A DNA stretch of 64,000 bases from an uncultured delta proteobacterium (GCA_963816145.1 CAWFJP010000031.1:288001-352000), one strand, 5' to 3'; counted from the first letter of the stretch, positions 20,640 to 30,474 are shown. Made by a program: numbers and translations. Notes: a model not told the origin generated them from the sequence alone.

Positions 20640-20909
20640 CAATCGAGACCCTCTCCCGCCGATTCGGATTTGCGCGAACAACGAACAGTAAACTGCCAAT
20701 TGGTAGACTTTTTCGCGGCGCTTAACAAGCGAGCCACTCCGGCGTAACGGATGATTCTTGCTTGACGGCGAACAGGTCAACTCCTGCGAGCTCGAGTAGC
20801 GCCAATTGAACGAGTTTACCCGCTAACGTGGTCGGCTTAACCTTGGCGATCCGTCAGACCTCGGAACGAATCCCGAACGAATCGGCCGGTTCTTCTACTT
20901 TGCTCGGCC

Positions 20910-21122
20910 TTACTGAAAGCGCGGCAACCCGAGTCGTGCCAGGCTCTCCAGCTTATGCACCCGCTCATCATAGCCGATCTGGCGGAAGAGATCGGCGAGG
21001 CAAGCGAACCTTCCGTAGTCCGCTCCAAACGCGCTCTCGAAGGGCACCTGTTCGAGGGCGATATTCTCCGCTACGTAGTTCATATATTCGTGCTCGGCGT
21101 GATCTTCGAAGTAGGCATTCAT
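20910..21122 (-). pseudogene. C-terminal fragment of a ferritin-like/alternative-oxidase-like di-iron protein
   Basis: FEDHAEHEY...LADLFRQIGYDERVH gives two ExxH-type motifs; no RBS and no N-terminal half. Confidence 0.5.
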
Positions 21123-21159
21123 CTGCGCCCGTGACCCGGCGCGCGAATATTATGAACAT

Positions 21160-21202
21160 CGTCCAGTATTAGACAGCAATCCCGCCCCAGGCGGCGCATG
21201 AT
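21160..21202 (+). promoter_or_regulatory. CRP-like dyad CGTCC-AGTATT-AGACA plus -10 gcgCATGAT (21-bp gap)
   Basis: Motif family member upstream of the 21235-dodecin pair. Confidence 0.75.
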
Positions 21203-21234
21203 CAACATCAAATGACTTGGTTAGGGAGGTACAG

Positions 21235-21819
21235 ATGGAAACGTTAGACACACAAACATGGATTATACTCGCAGTGGTTATAGTCTTGGCATCGGTTGCA
21301 GTTGGGGCCTGGTACTTCTACCAAAAAAAGCGCTCCCAAAAGCTCCAAGATCACTTCGGGCCAGAATACGACCGAACTGTCACCGAACTCGGTAGTCGAG
21401 CTAAAGGCGAATCCGAACTCAAGGCGCGCGAAAAGCGCGTCGAGCGGCTCGAGCTTATACCATTGGCCGCGCCTGAAGCCGTCAGATTCAGCGAGGCTTG
21501 GCAAGCACTACAGAGCCGATTCGTCGATAACCCCAAGGGCGTAGTCGTCCAAGCCGAACAGTTGGTTCGCGAATTGATGGTAAAGCGCGGTTACCCCATG
21601 GGTGATTTTGAGCAACGCGCGGGCGATATCTCGGTTGACCACCCCGATGTTGTCGCCAATTACCGGGCGGCGCAAGCCATCGCCGTGCGCGATCAGCGGG
21701 GCTCGGCGGACACCGAGGAGCTGCGTAAAGCGGTAGTGCATTACCGCGCCCTGTTCGATGAACTGCTCGAGGTAAGAGCGCCCAAGGAAGAGATCGCCGC
21801 AGAGAAGCGTGTCGCATAG
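21235..21819 (+). CDS. Conserved membrane-anchored hypothetical protein
   Basis: N-terminal TM, FGPEYDR, RFVDNP, RGYP, TEELRKAVVHYRALFDELL; GGAGG RBS. Confidence 0.82.
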   Translation: METLDTQTWIILAVVIVLASVAVGAWYFYQKKRSQKLQDHFGPEYDRTVTELGSRAKGESELKAREKRVERLELIPLAAPEAVRFSEAWQALQSRFVDNPKGVVVQAEQLVRELMVKRGYPMGDFEQRAGDISVDHPDVVANYRAAQAIAVRDQRGSADTEELRKAVVHYRALFDELLEVRAPKEEIAAEKRVA

Positions 21820-21854
21820 CGCTAATCAAACAAAGATACAAGAAGGAACTGAAT

Positions 21855-22070
21855 ATGGAACGAACATACAAGAAAATTGAAATCGTCGGCAGCTCTGAGA
21901 CCAGCTTTGGCGATGCCACGCAAAATGCCGTGGCCAAGGCCTGCCAGTCACTACGCCATGTCGATTGGTTCGAAGTGACGGAAATGCGCGGCTTAGTTGA
22001 AAACAACAAAGTGAAAGAGTTCCAGGTCACCGTCAAGATCGGCTTTCGACTCGAAGATCAGCCGGCCTGA
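21855..22070 (+). CDS. Dodecin family flavin-binding protein
   Basis: TYKKIEIVGSS...WFEVTEMRG...FQVTVKIGFRL. Confidence 0.93.
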   Translation: MERTYKKIEIVGSSETSFGDATQNAVAKACQSLRHVDWFEVTEMRGLVENNKVKEFQVTVKIGFRLEDQPA

Positions 22071-22118
22071 ACGCGATGATTATACCCGCGAGCAATCTCA
22101 CGTTCGTCAATCGTCGCA

Positions 22119-22242
22119 CCGACCTTTTGGTCGAAGTCTCCGACGCTTTCGCCGTGCCTGCTCTCGGATTCACCGCCATACAGCTCGGAATGGTTGAGTA
22201 TTATCACATTCGTCTGGCGCCAAGGGGCGGCACAACAGTTGC
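22119..22242 (+). promoter_or_regulatory. Tandem enhancer (22119-22155) plus sigma54 promoter CGGCAC-AACAG-TTGC (module B)
   Basis: CCGAC-CTTTTG-GTCGA-AGTCT-CCGAC-GCTTTC-GCCGT, 72-bp gap. Confidence 0.8.
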
Positions 22243-22289
22243 GCTAGAGGAGATGTAGATAAAAATTTTCAGTGGAGGATAAAAAAGTT

Positions 22290-23180
22290 ATGAAGAGATT
22301 ACGATCAGTTCTATCGCCGATGGTTACGACAGCGGGGATCTTGGCCTTGTCGGGTGCGGTTTTAGCTCAATCACCCAGCGAGTCCCACCGTGCTGCGAGC
22401 GCGCGGGCGCATGAAATTATGTCCAGTGCGCCTTGTCCGTTGCCCAGAGTTACCAAGGAAAAGATCACCGAAGACGAGGGGCGGGATTTAGCCCAAGCCT
22501 TTGCCGACAAAAACATGAACGGCTTTAGAGTCGTGCGGCCGTTGGGTTACGGCGGCGGTTACACGACGATGTGTTACCAGACCGCCAACGGCGCTCCGAC
22601 ACGGCCGCTGGTGTTATACTCTGTGGAGTATTCCATGGATCTAAAAAACCCAGCAGGTGAAACGCGCAATCTGTGCGTCGATCAATACGGCACGGTGAGC
22701 GAGTTCTGCAGCGATTTCGGCTTCGCGGGCGCAACCGGCCCGGCTGGTCCGATCGGCCCCATGGGCGCACAAGGTCCGGCGGGACCAATGGGCCCTCAGG
22801 CGACGGCTGCTGCTGAGGTAAGGAAATGGTCCTCGTTCAACAACATTCTGTTCGATTTCGACATGTCGGTCATTCGGTCCGACGAGACGAGCAAGGTAAC
22901 CGATATCGCGGCCTACTTGAAGCAGAATCCGACCGCCCGCGTGGGCATCGACGGCCACACCGATCCGCGCGGCACCGACGCTTACAACCAGGGCCTGAGC
23001 GAACGCCGTGTCAACGCCATTAGTGAGGCGCTGGTGACAGCCGGCGTGGCGACTGGCAAGATCCACACAGGCGCTTTCGGTGAGTCACAGCTCAAATGCC
23101 ATGAATCCACCGAGGCTTGCTGGCAGAGCGACCGTCGAGTCGAAGTGTTGATCGGCAACGCCGACATCGCCAGCCGATAA
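22290..23180 (+). CDS. Secreted OmpA-C domain protein with collagen-like G-X-Y linker
   Basis: Signal peptide; GATGPAGPIGPMGAQGPAGPMGPQ; ILFDFD, GHTDPRGTDAYNQGLSERR, DRRVE. Confidence 0.88.
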   Translation: MKRLRSVLSPMVTTAGILALSGAVLAQSPSESHRAASARAHEIMSSAPCPLPRVTKEKITEDEGRDLAQAFADKNMNGFRVVRPLGYGGGYTTMCYQTANGAPTRPLVLYSVEYSMDLKNPAGETRNLCVDQYGTVSEFCSDFGFAGATGPAGPIGPMGAQGPAGPMGPQATAAAEVRKWSSFNNILFDFDMSVIRSDETSKVTDIAAYLKQNPTARVGIDGHTDPRGTDAYNQGLSERRVNAISEALVTAGVATGKIHTGAFGESQLKCHESTEACWQSDRRVEVLIGNADIASR

Positions 23181-23302
23181 CCGCCAAGATCGATAGCTCT
23201 GGCAGAGCAGGTCTGAACTGCTGGAGCATCAAACTCACGCAACGACCCCTGGGACCAACCGGCTCTGGGGGTTGTTACGTATTAGCGAGCAATCGTGGTT
23301 TA

Positions 23303-25045
23303 ATGCTTTCCTCCATGCGCAAGTCGTTTTTACCGAGCCACTTTGTCGCTTTGGGAATGCTGGTCCTGATTTTGGTATCCCTCTACGGATTCATAGAGGC
23401 TCGCAGACTCAAGCGAGAATTCTTGCGCCAGACCGAAGACAAAGGCGTGGCATTGGCCAGCGCGATGGCGGCTGGCGTTACAAACGCTATCGTCGGCAAT
23501 GTTCCCTTGGAGAAGCAGATCGAGCAGCGCCTTTTGGCGAACGCCCGGTTAATCGACCAACTGCTCCTCACTCGCCGTGTCGATCAAGCGCTGCTCATGG
23601 AGGTCAGCACGCAAAATCGCTTACAAAAAATCGATCTCCTCGATCCGCAGGGCCAACCCAAAGAGATTTCCTCTCTGCAGGCGATGATCGCAAGGAAAGA
23701 CCAAGGCGTTGACCTCCCGCAGGAACGCGAACCGACGTTGATCTATATGTGGGGAAAGCGTTTGCGTTCGCAAGAGGCGAAACCTGCGAACCCGGTTATC
23801 AATCTACCGACCCGAATCACGGCAAATGAGTTTTGGAAAGGCAGCGCAATTGGCGTCGCTGTCGTCGCCCGCAGTTTTCCCGGGATCATCGCGGTCCACG
23901 CCAACGCTGACTATATTTTGAACTTCGACAAAGAAATCGGTTTGCAAAATCGAATCCAGGAGTTGGGCAGCGCAGCGGAGGCTGAGTTTGTCGCGCTTCT
24001 CGATAGCAACTTCAATGTCGTTGCTCATACGGACATGAGCCGGATCGGACAACGGGAAAAAGACACCCTTGTTTTGTCCGCCAACGGCGATCGTCAACTT
24101 TTGAGCCAAATCGTCGAGAGCAGCGGAGGGAAAGAGTACTTGGAAGTGGTCAAACCCGTTGCGTTGTATCAATCCAATATGGGATTCCTGAAAGTTGGGA
24201 TTTCCCTGGGGTCGATGGAGATCGCTTGGCGCAACAGCTTGCGTGCGATTCTCATTCTGGGAATAGCGATCTTCGCCGTGGGCATGCTCGGAATGGCGGC
24301 GATTTTCCATAATCAGAACTCCCATCTGCGACATGTCAAAGGTTTGGAAATCGAAGTGTTACATCGAGAACGCCTTTCAGCAATGGGCGATGTGGCTGCG
24401 GCGGTCGCTCATGAGGTGAGAAATCCGCTCAATGCCATCTCCATGGGTCTGCAGCGTCTGAAAATGGAATTTAAGCCCAGCGATGACCAGGAGGACTACT
24501 CTCGTCTCACCGGTTTAATGCTGGGTGAAGTGCACCGTCTGAACTCGATCGTCGAGCAGTTCCTCGCGCTGGCGCACCCTGTTGAGATCAAACCTGAGCC
24601 CTTGCCGTTGCCGGAAGTCCTGAAAGAGCTAGCAGCGTTACAAGACGGCACCGCGAGAGATTCGAATGTGCGCATCCAAGTAATAGCGGCGCCCAATACG
24701 CCGCCGCTCATGGCCGATCCCGCTCATCTAACCCAAGTGCTGATGAACCTCATGCTCAACGGTTTGCAAGCGATGCCCGACGGTGGAACCTTGACACTGG
24801 AGGCGAAAGCTTTGAACGGCAAATGTCGCATCGCGGTGGCGGATACCGGAGCCGGGATCGCGCCGGAAAACCAGCGGCGAATTTTTGAACCTTACTTCAC
24901 GACTAAGGTAAAGGGCACCGGGCTGGGTCTGGCGATCTCGCGCAGGATTATCGAAGCCCACGGCGGAACGCTCACTGTTACCAGTAAGGTGGGTCAAGGA
25001 TCCCGCTTCGAGATTTCATTGCCGCTCAACCGTGCGGAGGTGTAA
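23303..25045 (+). CDS. Membrane sensor histidine kinase (ZraS/AtoS-like)
   Basis: Two TMs flanking a large periplasmic domain; AHEVRNPL H-box, N, G1 DTGAGI, F FEPYFTTK and G2 GTGLGL boxes. Confidence 0.92.
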   Translation: MLSSMRKSFLPSHFVALGMLVLILVSLYGFIEARRLKREFLRQTEDKGVALASAMAAGVTNAIVGNVPLEKQIEQRLLANARLIDQLLLTRRVDQALLMEVSTQNRLQKIDLLDPQGQPKEISSLQAMIARKDQGVDLPQEREPTLIYMWGKRLRSQEAKPANPVINLPTRITANEFWKGSAIGVAVVARSFPGIIAVHANADYILNFDKEIGLQNRIQELGSAAEAEFVALLDSNFNVVAHTDMSRIGQREKDTLVLSANGDRQLLSQIVESSGGKEYLEVVKPVALYQSNMGFLKVGISLGSMEIAWRNSLRAILILGIAIFAVGMLGMAAIFHNQNSHLRHVKGLEIEVLHRERLSAMGDVAAAVAHEVRNPLNAISMGLQRLKMEFKPSDDQEDYSRLTGLMLGEVHRLNSIVEQFLALAHPVEIKPEPLPLPEVLKELAALQDGTARDSNVRIQVIAAPNTPPLMADPAHLTQVLMNLMLNGLQAMPDGGTLTLEAKALNGKCRIAVADTGAGIAPENQRRIFEPYFTTKVKGTGLGLAISRRIIEAHGGTLTVTSKVGQGSRFEISLPLNRAEV

Positions 25046-26470
25046 ATGCCAAATCGTTTTCACATTCTGGTCGTCGATGACGAACCGGCGCAGCGCGAGG
25101 TGATCTCGGGCTTTCTGCGCAAGCAAGGCTTTGAAGTGGTAACGGCCGATAGCGGGGAGCGCGCCTTGGAACTCTTTCGTCAGGACGCCTTTGATCTGAT
25201 TCTGACCGATCAAAAGATGGCTGGCATGACTGGCTTGGATCTGATGCAAGCGGTGCACACCATTAATTCGGACACGCCGGTCATCTTAATTACCGCTTTC
25301 GGCACCATCGCAGCCGCCGTGGCTGCCCTTAAAAAAGGCGCCATCGATTATCTGACCAAACCGTTAAATTTGGAAGAACTGTTGCACCGCATTCGACTAG
25401 TCAGCGACCGCTACCGAATTCTCACCGAGAACCGCGAGTTGCGGGAAGCGTTAGGGGAGCGACATCGTATCGAGGGCATCATCGGCGAGAGCGGGCCGAT
25501 GCTTGAAGTTCTTTCTATGGTGCGCCGGGTCGCGCCGAGTGAAGCGACGGTATTGATCCGGGGTGAGAGTGGCACGGGGAAAGAGCTGATTGCCCAGGCC
25601 ATTCACCATGGTAGCCCAAGAGCGCGCGGCCCCCTGATCAAGGTTAACTGCGCGGCGCTGCCTGAAGCGCTACTCGAATCGGAATTGTTCGGCCACGAGA
25701 AAGGTGCATTTACCGGGGCGACAGCGTCGCGCCAAGGACGTTTTGAGCTGGCCAACGGCGGGACGATCTTTCTCGATGAAATCGGCGACCTGCCGTTGCA
25801 TTTGCAGGCGAAGCTCCTGCGCGTGCTGCAAGAGAGGGAATACGAGAAGGTTGGCTCCAGCCGTCCAGTCAAGGTCAACGTCCGAATCCTCGCCGCCAGC
25901 CATCGGCCGCTGGAAGCGCTCATCAAAGCGGGACAATGGCGCGAGGATCTTTACTACCGGCTCAACGTTGTGACGATTCTTCTTCCGCCACTGCGCGAGC
26001 GGCGCTCCGATCTATCGCTGCTGATCGACCACTTCGTGCGCCACTTTGCCGAGAAGAACGGCAAGAAGATCGCCGGTCTGACGGACGCAGGTCGAGATAT
26101 TCTTTTGCGCTATGACTATCCGGGAAATGTCCGGGAGCTGGAAAATATTATTGAGCGCGCCGTAGTTCTCACCAGGGACGATGTGATTGGCCGCGGCGAT
26201 CTGCCGATCACGGTTCAAGAACTTGAAGCCATAGACGACGACGACGAACCCAACCTTGCCATCGCAGTTGAACGGGTGGAGCGCCGGATGATCCGGGAAG
26301 CGCTGGCGCGCTTCGAAGGGGTCCAAACCCGCGCCGCAGAGCGGCTTGGAATCAGTGAACGGGCGTTGCGCTATAAACTGATCAAATACGGCTTTCGTGA
26401 AGAAGCCTCAGATGTCGATGCCGATCCGCAAGCTAAATCTCCGCAAGAAAGTTCTGACCCGCAGGATTAA
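25046..26470 (+). CDS. NtrC/ZraR-family sigma54 enhancer-binding response regulator
   Basis: Receiver domain, GESGTGKE, ESELFGHEKGAFTGA, FLDEIG, Fis-type HTH QTRAAERLGISERALRYKL. Confidence 0.95.
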   Translation: MPNRFHILVVDDEPAQREVISGFLRKQGFEVVTADSGERALELFRQDAFDLILTDQKMAGMTGLDLMQAVHTINSDTPVILITAFGTIAAAVAALKKGAIDYLTKPLNLEELLHRIRLVSDRYRILTENRELREALGERHRIEGIIGESGPMLEVLSMVRRVAPSEATVLIRGESGTGKELIAQAIHHGSPRARGPLIKVNCAALPEALLESELFGHEKGAFTGATASRQGRFELANGGTIFLDEIGDLPLHLQAKLLRVLQEREYEKVGSSRPVKVNVRILAASHRPLEALIKAGQWREDLYYRLNVVTILLPPLRERRSDLSLLIDHFVRHFAEKNGKKIAGLTDAGRDILLRYDYPGNVRELENIIERAVVLTRDDVIGRGDLPITVQELEAIDDDDEPNLAIAVERVERRMIREALARFEGVQTRAAERLGISERALRYKLIKYGFREEASDVDADPQAKSPQESSDPQD

Positions 26471-26641
26471 CGGATTTCTTCTGAGGTCGGCACGAAGGCT
26501 TTAACAATCGCGAATTCCACCTCAACGGTCACCCCACACGCCTCTAGGAGCAGGCTCGTCACGTTCACGACTGGATTCTCGGTGGCACGTACGAGAGTAA
26601 CGTACTTCGGTTAGCAATCCAGCCATCTTTCTTGTCGAATT

Positions 26642-26657
26642 CGTCCAGTATTAGACA
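26642..26657 (+). promoter_or_regulatory. CRP-like dyad CGTCC-AGTATT-AGACA
   Basis: Identical 16-mer to the 21160 site; -10 element less clear here. Confidence 0.68.
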
Positions 26658-26749
26658 GCGATCCCTGCCGATCCCCGATTAAGTGTATAAACGAAAAAGG
26701 CAGGCTCCGACCCAATCATCACGATTGATAAGGCTTGTTCGGAGGAGAG

Positions 26750-27154
26750 TTGTTGTCAAAGAAAATACTGGTTGTTGAAGATTCTTGTGATCTACGGGAG
26801 CTGCTGGGAAGCGGTCTCGCGTCATTGGGCTGGAACCCCATTCTTGCTGAGAGCGGCCGAGAATCGCTGGCAAAACTTGAGTGTGAAACTCCGAGCGTTA
26901 TTCTCATGGACAAGGGCTTAGGTGATATGAACGGCTTCGAGCTCGCGGCGGTTCTAAAACGGCACCCTGTTTATAAAAGAATCCCGATTCTGGGAACGAC
27001 CGCGTTTCCCGGTTGTCTAGTCCGGCAGCATTGTCTTGCGGCGGGCTGCGATGATTTCATTTCCAAGCCCTTCGGCTTTGCCGCGCTTCATAGGCGACTG
27101 ACGCAGCTAGTATACGGCGAACGATCGAGCACGGCGGTGGCAGCCGGGCTATGA
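26750..27154 (+). CDS. Single-domain response regulator (receiver), paralog 1
   Basis: VVED, ILMD phospho-Asp, DDFISKP; GGAGGAG RBS before TTG. Confidence 0.85.
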   Translation: MLSKKILVVEDSCDLRELLGSGLASLGWNPILAESGRESLAKLECETPSVILMDKGLGDMNGFELAAVLKRHPVYKRIPILGTTAFPGCLVRQHCLAAGCDDFISKPFGFAALHRRLTQLVYGERSSTAVAAGL

Positions 27155-27264
27155 CATTGCCGTCGAATCGCGGACGTAGCTTCAAGGGAATCTGACCGCT
27201 GGTTAAATCGTTATTGACGAGCGTCAGGACCGCGTGGAATCCATCGGCAATTTTTTTTTAAGCT

Positions 27265-27307
27265 CGTTCAATACTAGACAGAAACCGTTTGCTACTCAGC
27301 GTACACG
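27265..27307 (+). promoter_or_regulatory. CRP-like dyad CGTTC-AATACT-AGACA plus gcgTACACG (21-bp gap)
   Basis: Motif family member upstream of receiver paralog 2. Confidence 0.65.
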
Positions 27308-27364
27308 TACCGGGCCAGACTCGATAGTCATCATCAGGATGAGTACGTCTGGTTCGGAGGAGAT

Positions 27365-27835
27365 ATGCTGACTTCGAGGAAAATACTGATTGTCGAAGAT
27401 CGCGGTGATCTTCTCGATCTTTTAGGCGAAGCGCTAGGCCTCTTGGGGTGGGAGACCATCCTTGCCGAGAGTGGCCGCGAAGCAATGAACAAACTTGAGG
27501 ACGACTTGCCCAGCGTCGTTTTTTTGGACTTGGGAACGCCTCTGATGAACGGCATCGAGTTGGCAGCCTCTCTCAAAGCGCATCCTGTCTATAAAGATAT
27601 ACCGATTCTTGCGGCGAGTGGCCGTTCCGGCGAACTGATCCGCAAGCTCTGCCTTGCGGCAGGCTGTGACGATTTCATATCTAAGCCGCTCGTGTTTGCC
27701 GAGCTGGAAATGCGTCTTAACAGTCTATGGTTCTTGGAGAGACGAAAAATAATTTGCGCAGGCGAACCGGTGAATTTGGCATCTGATGGCTGGAAACTAA
27801 ATGCGCGCGGCGGCAGTCGTCGCAAAGTCGCTTAG
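27365..27835 (+). CDS. Single-domain response regulator (receiver), paralog 2
   Basis: IVED, VFLD, DDFISKP; clearly homologous to the 26750 gene. Confidence 0.87.
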   Translation: MLTSRKILIVEDRGDLLDLLGEALGLLGWETILAESGREAMNKLEDDLPSVVFLDLGTPLMNGIELAASLKAHPVYKDIPILAASGRSGELIRKLCLAAGCDDFISKPLVFAELEMRLNSLWFLERRKIICAGEPVNLASDGWKLNARGGSRRKVA

Positions 27836-27859
27836 TTATCGGCGTCAGGCGCGGATGGT

Positions 27860-27885
27860 AACAGAAACATCATTATGTTTCTGTT
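27860..27885. repeat. Perfect 11-bp inverted repeat AACAGAAACAT-CATT-ATGTTTCTGTT
   Basis: Read directly; lies just before the RBS of the 27904 ORF. Confidence 0.6.
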
Positions 27886-27903
27886 CTGAAGGGAGAACGC
27901 GGC

Positions 27904-28098
27904 ATGAAACTCAATCATAACCGTAACCGGATCAATACCACCGTGGGCGATCTCATAGCGGCGATCACCGATGCCGCCTTGGAATGCACCGATAATACCA
28001 AGGATGCCTACCGTCTGGCCAGCGTAGTTCTGGTGGAGATTTTGAAAAACGCTCCCCTCAGCGCCGATATCGTCGATCCGCCTTTCTATTGGCATTGA
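27904..28098 (+). CDS. Small hypothetical protein (64 aa)
   Basis: AAGGGAG RBS; amphipathic helices (TTVGDLIAAITDAALE...AYRLASVVL). Confidence 0.65.
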   Translation: MKLNHNRNRINTTVGDLIAAITDAALECTDNTKDAYRLASVVLVEILKNAPLSADIVDPPFYWH

Positions 28099-28268
28099 AT
28101 ACGGCTCGAAATGACATCGGGATATCTGGCCGGATGTCGCGCGCCTGGTTGGCTCGTTCTTCTTGTTGTTGCCGTTACTAAGGCTTCGACGGCGGCTGCA
28201 CTCTGCTCTGCGGGCTAAGGTCTTTACGCGATGCGTTCTTATGTATATAGCCATTCCTAGGCCGTGCC

Positions 28269-29318
28269 ATGAGGATCGCTCAGATCACCAGTGTTTACAT
28301 CTCGGTCCCGCCGAAGACGCATGGAGGCACCGAGCGTGTCGTCTATAATCTCTGCCAGCAGCTCAGCCGGCGCGGACATCAGGTGGAACTTTTTGCTTCC
28401 GGGGACTCGAAGGTTGACTGCACCCTCCAGTCTGTTTTGCCGATCGCCTGTCAGGATGATCCCCATTCGACCTTTTATCTCGAAAAGGAGTTTGAGACAC
28501 GCCACACTTATGACCTTTATCGGCAAGCCGAACGCTTCGAATTAATTCATGCTCACTGGCCGACACTGGCTCCGTATTTTTCGGTGTTTACCAAAACCCC
28601 CACACTGGTCACCTATGGTTATATCGAAAAGGAACTGCACGAATATTATCGAACCCACTTTCCGCAATGCCTTCCGGTATGTGTAAGCCAGGCGCAGAGA
28701 AAAATGTTAGGGGACGAATCGATTCCGGTGGTTTATAACGGCATCGATATGGATGAGATCGGGTTTAACGACAAGCCGGAAGATTTCTTCATCATCGTTG
28801 GCCGCATGACGCCAGGCAAAGGTATTGCCGAGGCAATCCGAATTATTAAAAAGGCTGGAGCGAAGCTGCTCATTGTCGGCCATGTCACGACTCACCTGCC
28901 GTGGAGCGAGGAGTATTTTCTCAAGGAGGTTAAGCCTCATATTGACGGAGATAAGATCCGCTACATCGAGCGGTTGCCCTATCACGAAATCGTCCAACTG
29001 ATGAGCCAGGCCAAAGGGTTTCTTTTCCCACTGCAGTGGGATGAGCCTTTCGGCATGGTCGTCGTCGAAGCCATGGCTGCGGGAACGCCGGTAGTGGCGT
29101 ACCCGCGAGGCTCCATGCCGGAGTTGATCAAGCATGGTGAGACCGGCTATTTGCTCGACATCGAGGATGAGATGGTTGATACGCTCGATCGCATCGACAC
29201 GTTGGATCGCGCCCGCTGCCGGAACTGGGTCGAGGAGCGTTTCTCGGTGGAGCGGATGGTCGATGGCTATGAAAGACTTTATCGGATGGCCGCGAGCGAC
29301 GGTCGGGGCGCGACCTAA
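28269..29318 (+). CDS. Glycosyltransferase family 4
   Basis: VPPKTHGGTERVV, WDEPFGMVVVEAMAAGTPVV. Confidence 0.92.
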   Translation: MRIAQITSVYISVPPKTHGGTERVVYNLCQQLSRRGHQVELFASGDSKVDCTLQSVLPIACQDDPHSTFYLEKEFETRHTYDLYRQAERFELIHAHWPTLAPYFSVFTKTPTLVTYGYIEKELHEYYRTHFPQCLPVCVSQAQRKMLGDESIPVVYNGIDMDEIGFNDKPEDFFIIVGRMTPGKGIAEAIRIIKKAGAKLLIVGHVTTHLPWSEEYFLKEVKPHIDGDKIRYIERLPYHEIVQLMSQAKGFLFPLQWDEPFGMVVVEAMAAGTPVVAYPRGSMPELIKHGETGYLLDIEDEMVDTLDRIDTLDRARCRNWVEERFSVERMVDGYERLYRMAASDGRGAT

Positions 29319-29333
29319 GGTCGACGGCAATTA

Positions 29334-30329
29334 ATGGCCGGTGAAAAGTGGAACCTTGAACGACTGCAAAGCGAGAGCAGCTATTGGCGCACGTGCCTGC
29401 TGATCACTGCGGCTCATCTTGATGTGTTCGGTTGGATTGGCAAGTGTGAAAAAACTTCCAGGGCGGCGGCGCGCCATTTCGGTGGGGACTCTGGGGGCTG
29501 GGAGATGTTTCTCAACGCGCTTTGCGGCATGGGCCTGCTGAGAAAACACGGCCAACAATTTGTAAACGCGCGTTTTGCGGCGCGTTACCTTGCCGGGGCC
29601 GAAGCAACTTGCCTTCTGCCCAATTACGATGCTTGGAACAGCTGGGGCGGGCTCGCTTCGGTTCTCACAACCGGAAAAAGACCAAGGATTCAGAAACCAT
29701 TCATTTCGGACCGCGCCCAGGCAAAGCGCTTACTTTGCGCTCTGGATCTCCACGCGCGGCAGATCGCTCCTTATCTGATCGAGAAATTACCTCTGTCCGG
29801 CTGCCGGACTCTGCTGGATGTCGGCGGCGGGCTGGGAACTTTTGCCAGGGCTTTTTGTCGTCATTATCCTCAGCTTCAGGCGACCCTTGTTGAGCATCCC
29901 AATATTTTTCTTCTGGCGCGTCGGGCTATCAGGGACTCGGGTATGGCGAAAAGAGTCCGGGTCATCGGGCTGGATATCTCGCGGGGTGCCCTGCCACGAG
30001 GATTCGATGGCGTATTCGTCTCCAATATCTTACACGCCCATGGGGTCGCGGAAAATCGCGCGCTACTTACTGAACTGCGACACTGTCTAAACCCTGGAGG
30101 GCAGTTGATCCTGCGCGATGTCTTCATGCGTCGGGATCGGACCGCTCCGGAGTGGGCGGCGCTCTTTTCGGTTTCGCTGCTTTTGCACACGCCCAAAGGA
30201 CGTTGTTACACTCTGAAGGAGATTCTCGGATGGTTGAACCAAGCCGGGTTCTCACGTATCAGCAGGCCCTTCCGCAGCAGTCCGCTTCCTTTTGATCCCG
30301 ATTCGATTCTAATAGCGAAGAAGAGCTAG
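29334..30329 (+). CDS. Class I SAM-dependent O-methyltransferase with dimerisation domain
   Basis: LLDVGGGLG, VSNILH, LNPGGQLILRD. Confidence 0.88.
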   Translation: MAGEKWNLERLQSESSYWRTCLLITAAHLDVFGWIGKCEKTSRAAARHFGGDSGGWEMFLNALCGMGLLRKHGQQFVNARFAARYLAGAEATCLLPNYDAWNSWGGLASVLTTGKRPRIQKPFISDRAQAKRLLCALDLHARQIAPYLIEKLPLSGCRTLLDVGGGLGTFARAFCRHYPQLQATLVEHPNIFLLARRAIRDSGMAKRVRVIGLDISRGALPRGFDGVFVSNILHAHGVAENRALLTELRHCLNPGGQLILRDVFMRRDRTAPEWAALFSVSLLLHTPKGRCYTLKEILGWLNQAGFSRISRPFRSSPLPFDPDSILIAKKS

Positions 30330-30474
30330 AGGCCAGACCGCGGACAGCGCTTACGCGCCTGACAGCATTGCTGAAGATTTTGAACTGAGAAATTCTCAGA
30401 AGTGCAAATGTCGACTGTCACTTTTTCACGATTAAAAACCTGCCTCAAGTTGTTTCAACGCACCGTTGCCGCAT

